Shown here one piece after another: positions 33,025 through 45,166 of a DNA stretch of 64,000 nt. The number at the start of each line of letters is the position of its first letter. Positions within the stretch are counted from its first letter, which is position 1. The notes under the pieces were generated by a model. It was not told the DNA's origin. It saw nothing but the letters and a program-made list of their open reading frames with translations, and searched no databases. The stretch is from contig NW_027117341.1 of NCBI RefSeq assembly GCF_038025025.1, positions 2,170,001-2,234,000 of the forward strand. Reading direction: 5' to 3'. The DNA is from Phyllosticta citribraziliensis (Eukaryota). Position numbers and translations under genes: made by a program.

Positions 33025-34911
33025 CTACCACGACACCTCAATACCCTCCAAATCCCCCTTGGCATCATACTCCTCGACAATCCGCTGCCAGCTGAAAATA
33101 CCATCTCCCCACAGCGCCCTCTTAGCATCCAGCATCTTCTGCTCCAAGCTTTTCTTCCCCGCCGTCCCCTCGTGGTTGAAATACCCCGGCGTACAGCTCG
33201 CGAAAATGGCCAAGCGGATCGCGCGCTTCTGGACCTCCGTCGTCCACTCATTTTCCGCCTGCTTCGACGGCTCGACGACGAGGCTTTTCGGATCGCTGGC
33301 CCGCTGTGCTGCTGTCTTGAGAATGTTGGCCGCGTGCTGCGCTATCATGTCGTACGTAGACGTCAGGTTCGCGGAGCCAACGGCGCCGGAGAGGCCGGGG
33401 ATGATCATGTTGGGAAAGTCGTGCGTCAGGACGCCGTGGAAGGTGCCAAAGTCGGCGGCACCCCATTTTTCCTGGATGTGGCGGCCGCCGCGGCCGACGA
33501 CGGTGATGCCGTTGCGGAAACCCGGCGCCGCTTCGTTGCCCGTGGCGAGGCCGTAGCCCGTCGACAGGATCATAAGGTCCAGCTCGTGCTCGACGCCATC
33601 GACGACGACGCCGCGCGCCGTGAAGCGCTCCAGCCCCTGCCCTTGCGTGTCGACCAGCGTCACGTTGGCCCGGTTAAACGTTGGCAGGTACTCGCTGTGG
33701 AAGGTCGGCCGCTTGCACCACCCGGGATACCACGCCTTGAGCTTTTCGGCCGTCGTTGGATCCTGTACCTGCTGCTCGACGTGCGCGCGCACCTTTTCGG
33801 CGCGCTCAACGTCCAGCTCAAACAGATACTTGGCGTACTCGTCGAAATTCTGCGGCGTGATAGCTTTGGGGCCGCCGACGAGCCCGGCAAACGAGCGATG
33901 CTCGGTCCAGCCGTCGTTGATCAGGTCGACCGGCTCCGGGTCGTTGGACGTGAACTTGTCAAAGTTGTGCCGCCGAGCCTTCTGCCACCCTTTTCCGCTC
34001 GCGACACTGGACCAAGCTTCGGGATTCGTGGGCGCTTGTGGCCGAGGCGTGCAGTAGGAAGGTGTCCGCTGAAACACGTAGAGGTGCTTCGCCCATTTTG
34101 CAACTTCGGGTACGATTTGGACGGATGTTGCTCCGGTTCCCACAATGCCGACTACCTTGTCTTTCAGCTTGACCAGAGATGGATCCACAGGCGAGCCTCC
34201 GGTGTACTCGTAATCCCAGCGCGAGGGATGGAATACATGGCGACTGCGTCTGAAGTCTTCGAATCCTGGAACTTTTGGGGCCTTTGGTGACGTAAACAGG
34301 CCGCTGCCTGTGTAGACGAACTGAGCCGTCACCTCGAAGTCAAGCTTCTCGCGGCCCGGCCCCCGATTCTGCTGCATCTTGACGACCCATCTCTTCTTGG
34401 ATTCATCCCACACCTGGCTGAGGACAGTGGTCGAAAACAGGCCGCGGAGGTTGAAGTGAGCGGCGACGCGCTCGCAGTGCTGGCGAATCTCTTCTCCTGA
34501 CGAGTACTTTTGCTTCGGGACGTATCCCGTCTCCTCGAGGAACGGCAGATAGATGTAGCCCTCGACGTCGCACGTCAGGCCCGGGAAGCGGTTCCAGTAC
34601 CACGTCCCGCCAAACCCGCCGGCCGTGTCGACGAGGCAGATGCCTTTCGGGTCGAATCCGGCCTCGACCAAGCGCCCGGCGAAAAGAAGACTGATGTGGC
34701 CGGCGCCGGTGATCAAAAATTGGACGTCGTCCCCGTCCTTGAGCGCCGGCTCTTGCGATGCCAGGGCCTCATAGTCAATCCATGGATCTGCAGCAAGCCC
34801 GGGAGCGTCTTGGCGGAGGTCGACGTATTGGGCGAAGCCATCGGGCCGGAGGCGCTTGTCGCGCTCTTCGGCGTACTTTTCCTCTAATGCTGATGCGACT
34901 TGAGATGCCAT
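33025..34911 (-). CDS. FAD/NADPH-dependent Baeyer-Villiger-type monooxygenase
   Basis: GGFGGTWYWNRFPGLTCD, VFHPSRWDY fingerprint, VGIVGTGATSVQ, VFQRTPS, WCKRPTFH and LSTGY. Likely ATG at 34911. Confidence 0.92.
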   Translation of the reverse strand: MASQVASALEEKYAEERDKRLRPDGFAQYVDLRQDAPGLAADPWIDYEALASQEPALKDGDDVQFLITGAGHISLLFAGRLVEAGFDPKGICLVDTAGGFGGTWYWNRFPGLTCDVEGYIYLPFLEETGYVPKQKYSSGEEIRQHCERVAAHFNLRGLFSTTVLSQVWDESKKRWVVKMQQNRGPGREKLDFEVTAQFVYTGSGLFTSPKAPKVPGFEDFRRSRHVFHPSRWDYEYTGGSPVDPSLVKLKDKVVGIVGTGATSVQIVPEVAKWAKHLYVFQRTPSYCTPRPQAPTNPEAWSSVASGKGWQKARRHNFDKFTSNDPEPVDLINDGWTEHRSFAGLVGGPKAITPQNFDEYAKYLFELDVERAEKVRAHVEQQVQDPTTAEKLKAWYPGWCKRPTFHSEYLPTFNRANVTLVDTQGQGLERFTARGVVVDGVEHELDLMILSTGYGLATGNEAAPGFRNGITVVGRGGRHIQEKWGAADFGTFHGVLTHDFPNMIIPGLSGAVGSANLTSTYDMIAQHAANILKTAAQRASDPKSLVVEPSKQAENEWTTEVQKRAIRLAIFASCTPGYFNHEGTAGKKSLEQKMLDAKRALWGDGIFSWQRIVEEYDAKGDLEGIEVSW

Positions 34912-35926
34912 TGCCCTGGAGAAATCGTAAACAAGGGAAATATAAACGAGATGTTGTTGCTGTTGTACTGAAGACAGCGATTCACATTTATTCCTCACTG
35001 AGTGGAGAGGTCGTCGGTTGCCGGGCAAGGTTAGATCAGCTCATGGTCGGTCCGTTCGCCGCCACCGTGCCCAAACGGCTACATCCATATCCGCATCCGA
35101 CTGCCGTGGCCCGGAGCTTCGAATGTGAGTGACAATGATGGTCCTCATTTTGGGCTGACGCGTTGAAGGAAAGAGCAATTCAAAAGTGTCAAACTGTCCT
35201 GTGGTTCAGTTCTTCCCTCACTGCTAAACCCAGTATCTTCAACTTTTGCCCGGGAAAAGTAGTTTCTCGCCAAAAGAGAGTGAGGACTTCTTGAGAAGAG
35301 GGCATGCTCGCACTTCGTGTTTGTGATTGGTCGTAGTTGAGAAGCAGTCAAAAGAATTGGCAACAGTTGCAGCTCTTACATCCAACGACAGGTCAAGCAA
35401 GCACATGGCAAGTCACTGACCAAGATTGACTTGGAACGTGTAACAAAGAAAATGTGTGGAGGCGCGGGGGACGATTTGTGGAGAGTGCGAACAACGAGCT
35501 GACATCACATTGAAAAGTGCTACACGAGCGGTTCGCATGATTCAACCCTTGCGATCCATCGTGAGCCACGACGGAGCCCCAACGTCGCACACTCTTGGAC
35601 CACGTCCCCTCTTGGTTGGTAGCGTTCGATTGAGGCCTCGATGGGCAGCTTTTCCCTTGGCCCGCCAGCTGCCCAAAAATCACCGATCGGAATTCTCCTC
35701 CTCGTGTATCGCAAGTGGGCGGGTGGGCGGCCGAAAGCTGGAGGCGAGGCGAGCGCTTCATCCGCCAATTGAACGAGCCAGATTAATACCCGAGCAGGCA
35801 AAGACCGGCTTTGGCAAGAATTTAAAGAAGTCGTGCAATGGCGTTCTGCTGCTGCGGAGCATCAGAATCGTTCAATACGCCATTTTCTGCCCATCTCTTT
35901 TGCATCCTTCAAAGACGCCGTCGACC

Positions 35927-36922
35927 ATGTTGAAGACAAAGGTGGAGTCCAAGCCCCTCGTGGTGACGGTCAAGCCGATCAAGACGACTCCCAAATCCGA
36001 CTTTCTCTCAAAGCTCCCCGAGTCCTGGCGCCCGTACGTCGAGTTGACGCGCTTCCAAAAGCCGGCTGGCCTGTTCGGCTTCTACTTTCCCTACCTCATT
36101 GGAATCTTCTTCGCAGCGAGCATTGCGGACCCGGCGCCGTCGTGGGCATGGGTCGGTAGCCTCATGGCCATTTACCTCATGGACTGCGTCCTGCTGCGCT
36201 CATTCGGATGCGCGTGGAACGATACCGTCGACCAAGACCTGGACCGTCAAGTCGCCAGGTGCAAGAACCGTCCGCTTGCTCGAGGAGCCGTGTCGACCAC
36301 TGGTGCCGTCACCCTGACCGCTGTGCTTACGGCCATGAGGATGGGCATGATTTACGCGCTGCTTCCGCTCCCGGCGACGTACCACGCCCTCCTCACGACA
36401 ACGCTGGGATACATATACCCCTTCATGAAGCGCGTGTCAAACTACCCCCAAGTGTGTCTGGGCATCGCAGTTGGGTGGGCCATTTTCCAGGCTTGCGCTT
36501 CCGTCGATGGAATTGGTGATTTGATAGAGGGACCAAACACCAAGGCAATCGCTGCCATGTTCGCGTCAACGACCCTTTGGAACGTCACGTACGACACGGT
36601 CTACGCCTTCCAAGACCTCAAGGACGATCTGCAGGCCGGCGTCATGTCTCTCGCAGTCAGGATCCGTCACCACGCCAAGGCCGTCCTTTCGCTTTTTACG
36701 ACGGCCATGATTGGACTCTTGTTCGCTGCCGGCGCTTTGGCAGAGTTCTCCACGATTTTCTTCATCGGTGCCACCCTGGCGTCTCTTGCGGCGTACACGA
36801 TGCTCTTCAAGCTGGACATCAACGACCCCAAGAGTTGCTGCTGGTTCTTTGTGATGGGACAGTGGTATGTCAGCGGCTTTGTGTTGATGGGATTGGTGGG
36901 AGAATTTGCACTGGCGGTTTGA
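35927..36922 (+). CDS. UbiA-family aromatic (4-hydroxybenzoate-type) polyprenyltransferase
   Basis: PYVELTRFQKPAG, GCAWNDTVDQDLDRQVARCKNRPLARG, YPFMKR and YDTVYAFQDLKDD; multiple TM helices. ATG at 35927. Confidence 0.92.
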   Translation: MLKTKVESKPLVVTVKPIKTTPKSDFLSKLPESWRPYVELTRFQKPAGLFGFYFPYLIGIFFAASIADPAPSWAWVGSLMAIYLMDCVLLRSFGCAWNDTVDQDLDRQVARCKNRPLARGAVSTTGAVTLTAVLTAMRMGMIYALLPLPATYHALLTTTLGYIYPFMKRVSNYPQVCLGIAVGWAIFQACASVDGIGDLIEGPNTKAIAAMFASTTLWNVTYDTVYAFQDLKDDLQAGVMSLAVRIRHHAKAVLSLFTTAMIGLLFAAGALAEFSTIFFIGATLASLAAYTMLFKLDINDPKSCCWFFVMGQWYVSGFVLMGLVGEFALAV

Positions 36923-38276
36923 GGAAACCTGGAACGTTTCTCTCGAATTTCACGGCGTTGTAGTTTGAACGGATTTCAGTTGGACAGTTTGCATTTCCTG
37001 GGACTCGCTTGGTGCTGAAAAGAGCAACACTGGTTAGCCTTTTGCTGGATCTTGAATTCTTCTTAGAGCGAAACGACGACTGATCTTGAACACTCAGTAT
37101 TGCTGCCGTGCATCCACGGAATGAGCATCGTCTACAGACGCGATGTGATTCAAGTCGACTGTGATTGGCCGAATACAATAGCCGTCGTCGGCAACTAGAA
37201 TGCTTGTTGTTGGCTCGAGTGCCAGGCCCACGGTCATGGGTTGTGTGGGGAACCAGGGGTAGTCGTCGGTGACCGACGGCGACTGGTTTCAGCGTCTTGA
37301 AATTGGCCGCCAGCAATTCAATCACCTCCCGAAAATATCGCCGAAGCGCAATGATAACGCGCGGGGAAAAGGCCCTCAAATGGCGATGGGCTGGTTGCAA
37401 TTGCTGGATGTAGATTGGCTCAAAAACAGTACCAGTGGCTGGAAGACTCAAGAAGGGAGACCATGCCAGTTCCCATCGGATATGCCTATTGCGTGGACGG
37501 CTTTTGCCGAGAGGCTGCTGGCGAGATGAATTGCTTTGTATCGAAGCATTTGACAGACAAATGGCGACCATTGGCGTCTAGAAAGCCAAAGACCAGCAAG
37601 GGATGGCGGAGGAAGATCATGAGCATCAACTTCTTGCCGGTGCCATCAATCAATTAGGCAAAAACTTCAAGCGATGATATTCGGACAAATGCGATTGATT
37701 TTACGCTCCTTGGTGGTCTAGACACGCGGATGGCGGCTCAATGTTGCGGTGCAGCGTTCCACGTCGGACAAGGCGTGATTGGGAGGACTCACAGTAGCGC
37801 GGCATTGTCTGCAGTAATCGGCAATCCGGATGGAGAGCACGTGGTGTGTTCCGGCGACCAGGGAGTGGAAAGCGGCCCGCAACCAGCCGCTGCACGTGAT
37901 ATTTGTACCCCTGACTCTAGGTTGAGGAACACCAGTTTCCGGGCCCGAGAGCTTTGCAGACGCACAAGTCACTCATGCCGCTCGAGGATTTTGTTGCACA
38001 CATGCTACCCAGACCCAAAGCCCGATGCTTTCCGCCCTTTCCGCCGTAGACGTGAGTTTGACATCGGACGTGGCTGAATATGCGAAACATCTTATCCTCC
38101 GCTGTAACTTCTTCAAAGAAGCAGTCCATTAACCGAACTCTCAGCCAGCAATGTGAGTCTGAGACGGCAATCGTATGTCGCAATGCCGGTCGACGCTGTA
38201 GAGGCAGGCATAGCATTTTGAAAGAAGCATTGAATGCACCGTGACCAAGTACATGAACCCAGGGGCTCAAGGAACC

Positions 38277-38863
38277 TCATTCGCTGTGAAGGAAGAGCCA
38301 AAAGTGCCGAACAGTCGGCCGTTGAGGCTTTTGAATTGGACTGATAGCTTCGATGACAACACCGTGCACCGAGAGACTGGAAGGAACGTATCCCGTGTCG
38401 TCAAGCCCATCATAGTTTGAAGGGGGATAACATGGTGTTTTTTTCCCGACGCTGGCTTTTAATGGAGTGGTTCGCTCCCTTGAGCCGTTGGTGTTGATGG
38501 ACGCAATCGCCTCATTCCTCGAGATGCTGAGGATATTGAGCTTTTGCTGCCTCACTTCGGTCTTTCTCACCACCCTTGCAGGCAGGTTGGTGAATCACTT
38601 CTTGTCTTCGACCGGACTCTTGTCCGGAAGCCCTGAGCTGGTTGCAAAGAAGATGACTCAATGCCGTCGCTGAGGCACCCCGACAGATATGCGTATAGGA
38701 GCCCTGGATAGAGATGTCCGCAAATGACCTCGTGCGCGATACGACTCGGCTTGCGACGCATTCTTCTCGATTCCAGCGATTTCGAGGCCAACGATGAGAG
38801 GATGAATTTGTCAGTGTTGGAGAGGGTGAGTCGCCGGGTCAGTTCATCCCACGTGCGGCGCAA
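38277..38863 (-). pseudogene. Possible remnant of a HET-domain-associated protein
   Basis: Broken ORFs with W..LTRRLT..DKFILSSLA....LYPGLL and LSVHGVVIEAI, reminiscent of the region downstream of HET domains (W..Y..R.LT...DKL.A.SGLA...YLAGLW). Weak match by eye. Confidence 0.25.
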
Positions 38864-39744
38864 TCGCCCAGTAACTTGTTTCCTCTTTGAGCAGATAAGG
38901 CATGAAATTGGTCAAAATGTCAGGTGTTTTTGAGTAGCCGCTGAAATGGTACGTATCTGCGGATAATGCAGCGCGCGAATAATGGGAACTCTGCGACGGG
39001 CCAGGAATTGAAGCAACGAGAAAGTGCTGACGTCAAGCTACAGGAATTGAATGGGGCATTCAATGTGTTGCTTATTTGGATCTTCGACGTTTGAAGCAGC
39101 TACTGCAATGCGAAGACTGAGTGAGAATGCGAGTACGAGGCGGGTCAAGTCTTCCCACATGTTAGAGTTTCGGCAGCGCGATGAGCGCAAGACGGTGAAC
39201 AACAGCGATGGCGACATGGGGTCGATGAGACGTGACCGTGGCGAGGTTGCGATATCAAGACGTCCCTCTGAGCCGAACGGCTGGCATGATTCAGGTCGTG
39301 GTCGGCAACAGCACCGCAGTATCAGACAGCCTCACGAACATGCCGTTTGACGATTTGGCGATTTGGCGAGGAGGCAGGCGAGCCGCACGGTCGTGGAACG
39401 GCAGAGGCTGGCACCAGCACAGGCTGGGGGAGGGCGAAATACGGCGGCGATTCATGGTGTTGTGGTCCCTGGACGAGGCTGCCAAACGACGGTCGACAAA
39501 GGGGGTCGTTGCGGGAACAGTGGCACCTGGCGGGAAGCGCCGAGCAAAAATGAAAAATTGTGGACGGCGTAGCCATGACGAAGAGGAAACGGTCCGCCAT
39601 GCCCAAGGTATTAAAGACGGGCCATGGCGAGAGCGGACGACAAGGGCTGAATCGTGTCAACAAGAGTACAGCACTCGTCCCGTTCCGTAACGCAGCATAC
39701 GTACCGCACCGCACCGACCACGCCACCCGACCCGACTGGACACG

Positions 39745-40452
39745 ATGAGCTCGCACGCTGGAGGACGAAGCTGCAACTGCACGCCGGCAGCTCTGCGGAC
39801 GCTGGTCCAGGTCGAACGGCTGCAGCAACAGGAACACCACCTGGACACGTCGTTGGAGTTGGCCGAGCAGTGCGAGAGTGCGTGCCTGAGGGTCTTGGCC
39901 TGTTGTCACTGCCGCCGCCAGCGCTTCGCTCTGATTGGCTGCACCGCCCTGGGCACGTGCATCCTCGACGTCCTCTGCAAGGCCACGGCAAACGCAACCT
40001 CAACACCACCAACTAACACCACCACCACCACCACCACCACCACCACCACAACAACCGCGCCAACACCATGTCCTCCTCCCGGCCCGCCTCTCCCTTCGTC
40101 CGCATGCGCCGGCCCCCTTCCCACCCCGGCCTGGTCCGTGTCTGTGTCCGCCTCGCTACCCGACTCGGACGCCGCCATGGCTCTTGACTCTCCACCCCCC
40201 TCCGCCGTCTCAACTCCCGCAATCGCCATGTCGATCGGCTCCTACCATCTCGACTGGGCTGACGCTGCCACCCTGCTGCGCGAGCTCGTGTCCCTGCGCC
40301 TTGGCAATCTCGACGAAGTCATGGTCTCGCTCGAGTCAGCCATTGTTGGCCTGGGCTCCGCCGCGGACCCTGCCTGTCTGGACGCCGTACGAGTCAACCT
40401 TCACCAGCTCCGCCTCCTCAGACAACGTCTCTCAGAGCCGCCTTCGCCATGA
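39745..40452 (+). CDS. AflR-like C-terminal-domain protein lacking a Zn2Cys6 DNA-binding domain
   Basis: SCNC..AL..L...CLRVLACCHC...IGSYHLD....LLRELVSLRL parallels the C-terminal half of the next gene (SCTC...KVLCCSTC...CGSYSV...[10 protein letters not shown]). Includes an (ACC)n poly-Thr tract at about 40017-40056. Confidence 0.65.
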   Translation: MSSHAGGRSCNCTPAALRTLVQVERLQQQEHHLDTSLELAEQCESACLRVLACCHCRRQRFALIGCTALGTCILDVLCKATANATSTPPTNTTTTTTTTTTTTTAPTPCPPPGPPLPSSACAGPLPTPAWSVSVSASLPDSDAAMALDSPPPSAVSTPAIAMSIGSYHLDWADAATLLRELVSLRLGNLDEVMVSLESAIVGLGSAADPACLDAVRVNLHQLRLLRQRLSEPPSP

Positions 40453-40581
40453 CTCGCTGCACACCACCTCGAATCGTTGCTACCGCCTCTCCTCCAGGCC
40501 TTAAGACCATTTGTCCTCCAACAGCATCAACACCAACAGTCTACCCTTCGCTCAACCATCACACCTCTTGTCTCGTCGACC

Positions 40582-41781
40582 ATGCTCTCTCGCAACAACT
40601 CTCCTCCTCCCTCAAAGCCTCCTCGCATCCGTCTGTCCTGTGACAGCTGCCAACGCTCCAAAGTCAGATGTAGCCAGGACAGGCCCGTCTGCACACGCTG
40701 CCAAAAGCACGGCTACAATTGCGTCTACAGTCCCTCGCGCCGCGCTGGAAGACCTCGCTTGCGGAGACCTGGGGAATGTCCTCTGCCCAAGACTTCAGAC
40801 ACCGTCGACGCTGGCAAGTCACAGCCCGCTGCGAGCCCGGTCCCGCAAATCACGCCCAACGTCTCTCGGGCAAACACACCCCCACAACCGCTCACACCAC
40901 CATCGACCTCCTCTTCCGCCAGCCCAGACCACATGACGATGAACCTGGCGGAACTCGATCTCCCCCCTTCTCTGGACAGCCTGTCACCCCCGCTCGAACC
41001 ATTTGTTTACGACAACGGCACTCACAATGTCCTCCACAACTTTTTCGATGGCTTTCATCATGACCTCGTCTTTCCGAATCACTCTTCACACTCCGACGTT
41101 TCCAAGTTTGAGTTTGGCTCATGCCTACCTGATGAAGACATCAACGGCCACAACATGGTGTATGACTGCTACGCGATGCCAGACCCCGAGCCGTCAAGTC
41201 ACCACTCCAATCTCAATCCATGTACCGAGTCGGGCTCGTGTACCTGCTCGCTGGAGCTCGTCGATAGCCTTCTCCAAGATCCGCTTTCTCGGACCTCAAC
41301 CGACGGGACTACTGGACGCGTGGCTGCCGCCATCCAAAAGACCAAAGAACTTTCGAATCGCTGCCGCAAGGTGCTTTGCTGCAGTACATGCTCCTCTCGA
41401 ACTTCCACTGTTCTCATGGTGTGCGAGGCCGTAGACCAGGTCTCGGTCGCGCTGGGCCTGGGATCAATATGGTCTGATTCAGCTGGAGAACACGGTGATT
41501 CGCACCACGACTTGCTAAACGAAGGCCTGAGCCGGGAAGAAGCACCATTACAGTGCGGGAGTTACTCGGTCCGGGGCCTTGATCGACGCTTCGTCCTGCG
41601 GGCACTGCTTCTGAAACGCTTGGGAGAGCTCAAGGAAACGCTGGAAAAGCTACAGTCAATGGTCTCCTCGCCTGTGTCCACGACCTTCGCCTCGCCGTGC
41701 CACAAGACCTGTGCAGACATCATCGGTGAGGTCTCATCGACGCTCAACACAAAGACCGATTTCCTCAAGCTTGCTTTATGA
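40582..41781 (+). CDS. Zn2Cys6 transcription factor, AflR-like cluster regulator
   Basis: [48 protein letters not shown] at 40582. Confidence 0.92.
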   Translation: MLSRNNSPPPSKPPRIRLSCDSCQRSKVRCSQDRPVCTRCQKHGYNCVYSPSRRAGRPRLRRPGECPLPKTSDTVDAGKSQPAASPVPQITPNVSRANTPPQPLTPPSTSSSASPDHMTMNLAELDLPPSLDSLSPPLEPFVYDNGTHNVLHNFFDGFHHDLVFPNHSSHSDVSKFEFGSCLPDEDINGHNMVYDCYAMPDPEPSSHHSNLNPCTESGSCTCSLELVDSLLQDPLSRTSTDGTTGRVAAAIQKTKELSNRCRKVLCCSTCSSRTSTVLMVCEAVDQVSVALGLGSIWSDSAGEHGDSHHDLLNEGLSREEAPLQCGSYSVRGLDRRFVLRALLLKRLGELKETLEKLQSMVSSPVSTTFASPCHKTCADIIGEVSSTLNTKTDFLKLAL

Positions 41782-43745
41782 TACCACCTGCTGCACCGTG
41801 TTTCTGTTGGATAGAAATACGAACATTTCACCACAATTTCGCCTTTTGTTTTCCAAAGTGTTGTTTTGAAGTTGCCGATTTCTGCAAGTGCCATTCACCT
41901 TGGCCTTGGTCGTGATGAAAGCACTGGCTTCTGTCTGCATTCCATGAGAAGACTCGGAAAAGCCAGCCAAATGATGTGGTTATCACAATTCTCGCGCGAC
42001 TGGACCCTCAATCTCAATCGGCCTGGCTCCCACCGCCATTCCCCCACAGATTTGCGAATGGGTTTCGCTACTTCCCGACGTTGAGCCTGTCGTCCGAAGC
42101 GATGATTCAGCTCATCGAACACGTCCCTTGGAGCATTGGCGTTGGCCCGCGCAATCTAGCCGGGGCACGGTGGCAGACCACGGCATTGGAAGTGGCGCAA
42201 TCTTTTACGTAGCAGCCGTATCACGCCCTGGAATGCTCGCAGTTCCACGTTGACGAACATCTTTGATGTGGTTGGCCTTTCCCCTGAGCATCATGAAGCG
42301 AGCATGAGGCACTACCCCGCCCAATCAGAAGCAAACTCACGCTACCGACTGAGCACGAGGGGCCTTGTCGGCCCGTTCCTCCACAGATCGCCTGCACGGT
42401 CTTCGACCGCTATCTGGTGCTGGGATACGCCAATACCTCGGCAGCACGAATCGGCGTGGGACGACGAATGGCTAGGACCTGTTGCACTGACGCGCGGAGG
42501 CTGTGTTGTAATTGATTCTTGATGGATTTGGACACCCCAGATGCTCGCACGTTTTTCCCAACTTCATTCCTCGTCGACTACTGACAATCCGCTTCCCGGG
42601 CGTCCAGCTCAGAGTCCTGGATTCTTGGCCCTATAAACGGATCATTCCGGCAAGAATCCTTGCTGACACTGCCCCTTGACCTCTCGTGTCTGATCCAGAG
42701 ACTTGAGATCTCGGCCAAATGCCATCTTCAATGAGTCCGTTCAAGCCATCGCTAGCTCGGCGCGGCATACCATCCCTGACTCTGGTGAGACCTTCCCGGG
42801 AACTGCGTACGAAGGAAGGCTCGCGCCGGCACGGCGCAAAACCGTAAAACACCAAGCAAAAGACAGGATATCCTAACGGTAAAAAGGCATTTTTCTGCGC
42901 ATCGAAAATGCTTGTTTCAGTACACTACGCCTCTTGCAGATGTGAAAGGGTTTGGCAGTATTGGCCCTCCCGAGCACCAAAATAAGGTGAAGAAACGGCG
43001 ATTCTCTCACATGGGAAGAAATCCATCAACTCGCTCCATCACGCCTTCAGTTTCGCCTAAGAGCACCCCTCGTGGCTCAGCCCAAACTGTCTTCGCTGAC
43101 TTGGATGCGTCCTGCTGAACGCCTTGACCTTTGATTTGTTCAGGCGTCCACCTGGTCTCGAAATAAGCTTCGAACGGCGCGAGCAAGTGGCAACAAGCGA
43201 CCTCTGTCTCATGGGCGCGCAGCAGGCCTGATGGAGAGCTTCTACGGCTCCAACTTCCCGATATCTCTAGGGAATAGATGCGGCGAGTACTTATCGAAAG
43301 CTACTCATCCAACCACGTGGCCATGATCCAAATGAAACACTTCTCGTCAACAGTCCAACCACGGCAGATCGATAACCCGCAGCTCTACTTTTCTACGGTG
43401 GTTCGATCGAAAGAATTCAGTGCTACCTTATCGCCACCTATCGCCACGTTTGGCCGAATTTGTCCCATGTACGCTCAAGAGATCTGTCGGCGAATAAAAC
43501 GTCGGCGAATTAAGACGCGGCAGTTGAGCTCCAAAGTCAGTCGCCCTTTACGAATGAAGAGCACGTCTCAACCGGGCTAGAGTAGACCCGTATAAAGCGA
43601 CATAGAGAGGAGTTGAAACTGTTTCCTCTGTACCGCCCGTAAAAGCGAGCGTCTCGCTATAACATTCCACATCTCCTCTACCTATCTCTCCCTTTATCTT
43701 AACAAACCCCGAGTCAACTACCTTGTGGACGAACACGTAGCCATC

Positions 43746-44825
43746 ATGGTTGCCGACGAAAAGTTTGAGGGCTGGTGTGGCCTGGATCGAGACTCGGTGC
43801 ACGGCAAGATGGTGTGGCAACAGTTCCAGCCCAAGCCCTTTGCGGACGACGATGTCGAAATCGCCATCTCCCACTGCGGCGTGTGCGCATCCGACTTGCA
43901 CACCTTGAGGTCTGGCTGGCGCGAAACACCTTACCCCTGCGTCGTCGGTCACGAAATCATCGGCAAGGCCGTGCGAGTGGGCAGGAATGTCACGCACGTC
44001 CGCGAAGGCGACCGCGTGGGTGTGGGTGGTCAGGCAGGATCTTGCCTGCAGGCCGACTGCGAGCACTGCGCGGACCGCGACGAAAACCACTGCCCCAAGG
44101 CTCTTGCAACCTATGGCTCCATCTACCCGGACGGAAGCAAGACTTTTGGTGGATTCGCCCGGTACAACCGTACGCCGGGCCACTTTGTCTTCAAGATTCC
44201 AGACGCCATCTCGTCGGCCGACGCAGCTCCCATGCTCTGCGCCGGCATCACCGTCTTCAGCCCGCTCAAGTACGAAGGCTGCAAGGGAAAGAAGGTCGGC
44301 ATCATCGGTCTGGGAGGCCTCGGACATTTCGGAGTACTGTTCGCCAAAGCCCTCGGAGCTGAGAAGGTGGTGGTGATTTCGCACACCAGCACGAAGAAGG
44401 AAGATGCCGTCAAGATGGGCGCTGACGACTTTATCGCTACGTCCGAGTCGCCGCAATGGGCCATCGCCAACCAGAAAACGCTCGACCTGATTGTCTCGAC
44501 CGTGTCGACGCCAGACATGCCGCTCGCCCAGTACCTACTTCTCCTCAAGGTCAGGGGCACTTACATCCAAGTCGGCGCACCCGAGGAGGCGCTCAAAGGC
44601 TTCAACATGTTCAGCATCATCGCCAAGAACCTCAAAATTGGTGGCTCCATCATTGGCAACACCGAGGAAATCAAGGAGATGCTTCAAATCGCCGCCGACG
44701 CTAAGGTCAAGCCTTGGGTTCAGGAGCGTCCGCTCAAGGAGGCAAACGATGCGCTTTTGGATATGGAGGCTGGAAAAGCAAGGTACCGCTACGTCATGGT
44801 AAATGAAGACTACACCGGACAGTGA
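43746..44825 (+). CDS. Zn-dependent NADP(H) alcohol dehydrogenase (CAD/Adh6-like)
   Basis: CGVCASDLH, GHEIIG, structural-Zn Cys cluster, APMLCAGITVFSPL, GLGGLGH and KARYRYV. Confidence 0.95.
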   Translation: MVADEKFEGWCGLDRDSVHGKMVWQQFQPKPFADDDVEIAISHCGVCASDLHTLRSGWRETPYPCVVGHEIIGKAVRVGRNVTHVREGDRVGVGGQAGSCLQADCEHCADRDENHCPKALATYGSIYPDGSKTFGGFARYNRTPGHFVFKIPDAISSADAAPMLCAGITVFSPLKYEGCKGKKVGIIGLGGLGHFGVLFAKALGAEKVVVISHTSTKKEDAVKMGADDFIATSESPQWAIANQKTLDLIVSTVSTPDMPLAQYLLLLKVRGTYIQVGAPEEALKGFNMFSIIAKNLKIGGSIIGNTEEIKEMLQIAADAKVKPWVQERPLKEANDALLDMEAGKARYRYVMVNEDYTGQ

Positions 44826-45166
44826 TCCGAGAAGTCTGGGATCCGACAATTTGGCACTTCAAATATTTGCACGCAAATTTCACTTGCTGTTTTCACAATG
44901 CTTTTGTCAAAATTTGATATGCCTCGCACCAAATCACGGTGACCCGCGGACCGGATCTACTGAGTCGATCCTGACACTTGATGCAGTCGCTGTCAAGTCA
45001 AAGTGTGATACCAGCTACTCAAGATTTGCGTATTCAAAGTCCCCGACCTTCCAGGCAGTTCAGCTTGCCTAATTGGTTCGGCTGCCGTCGGCTCACTGTT
45101 CAAAATGCACTGAGTCGTCATGAATTCCACATCAAGTTATTGCGAAGTTTTGGCATTGAAGCAAGG

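Noticed and set aside
33172..34290. 372-aa plus-strand ORF
   Set aside because: Antisense shadow of the high-GC3 BVMO gene.
35456..35926. N-terminal extension of the UbiA ORF
   Set aside because: Non-ATG start and no family-like sequence; the first plausible ATG is at 35927.
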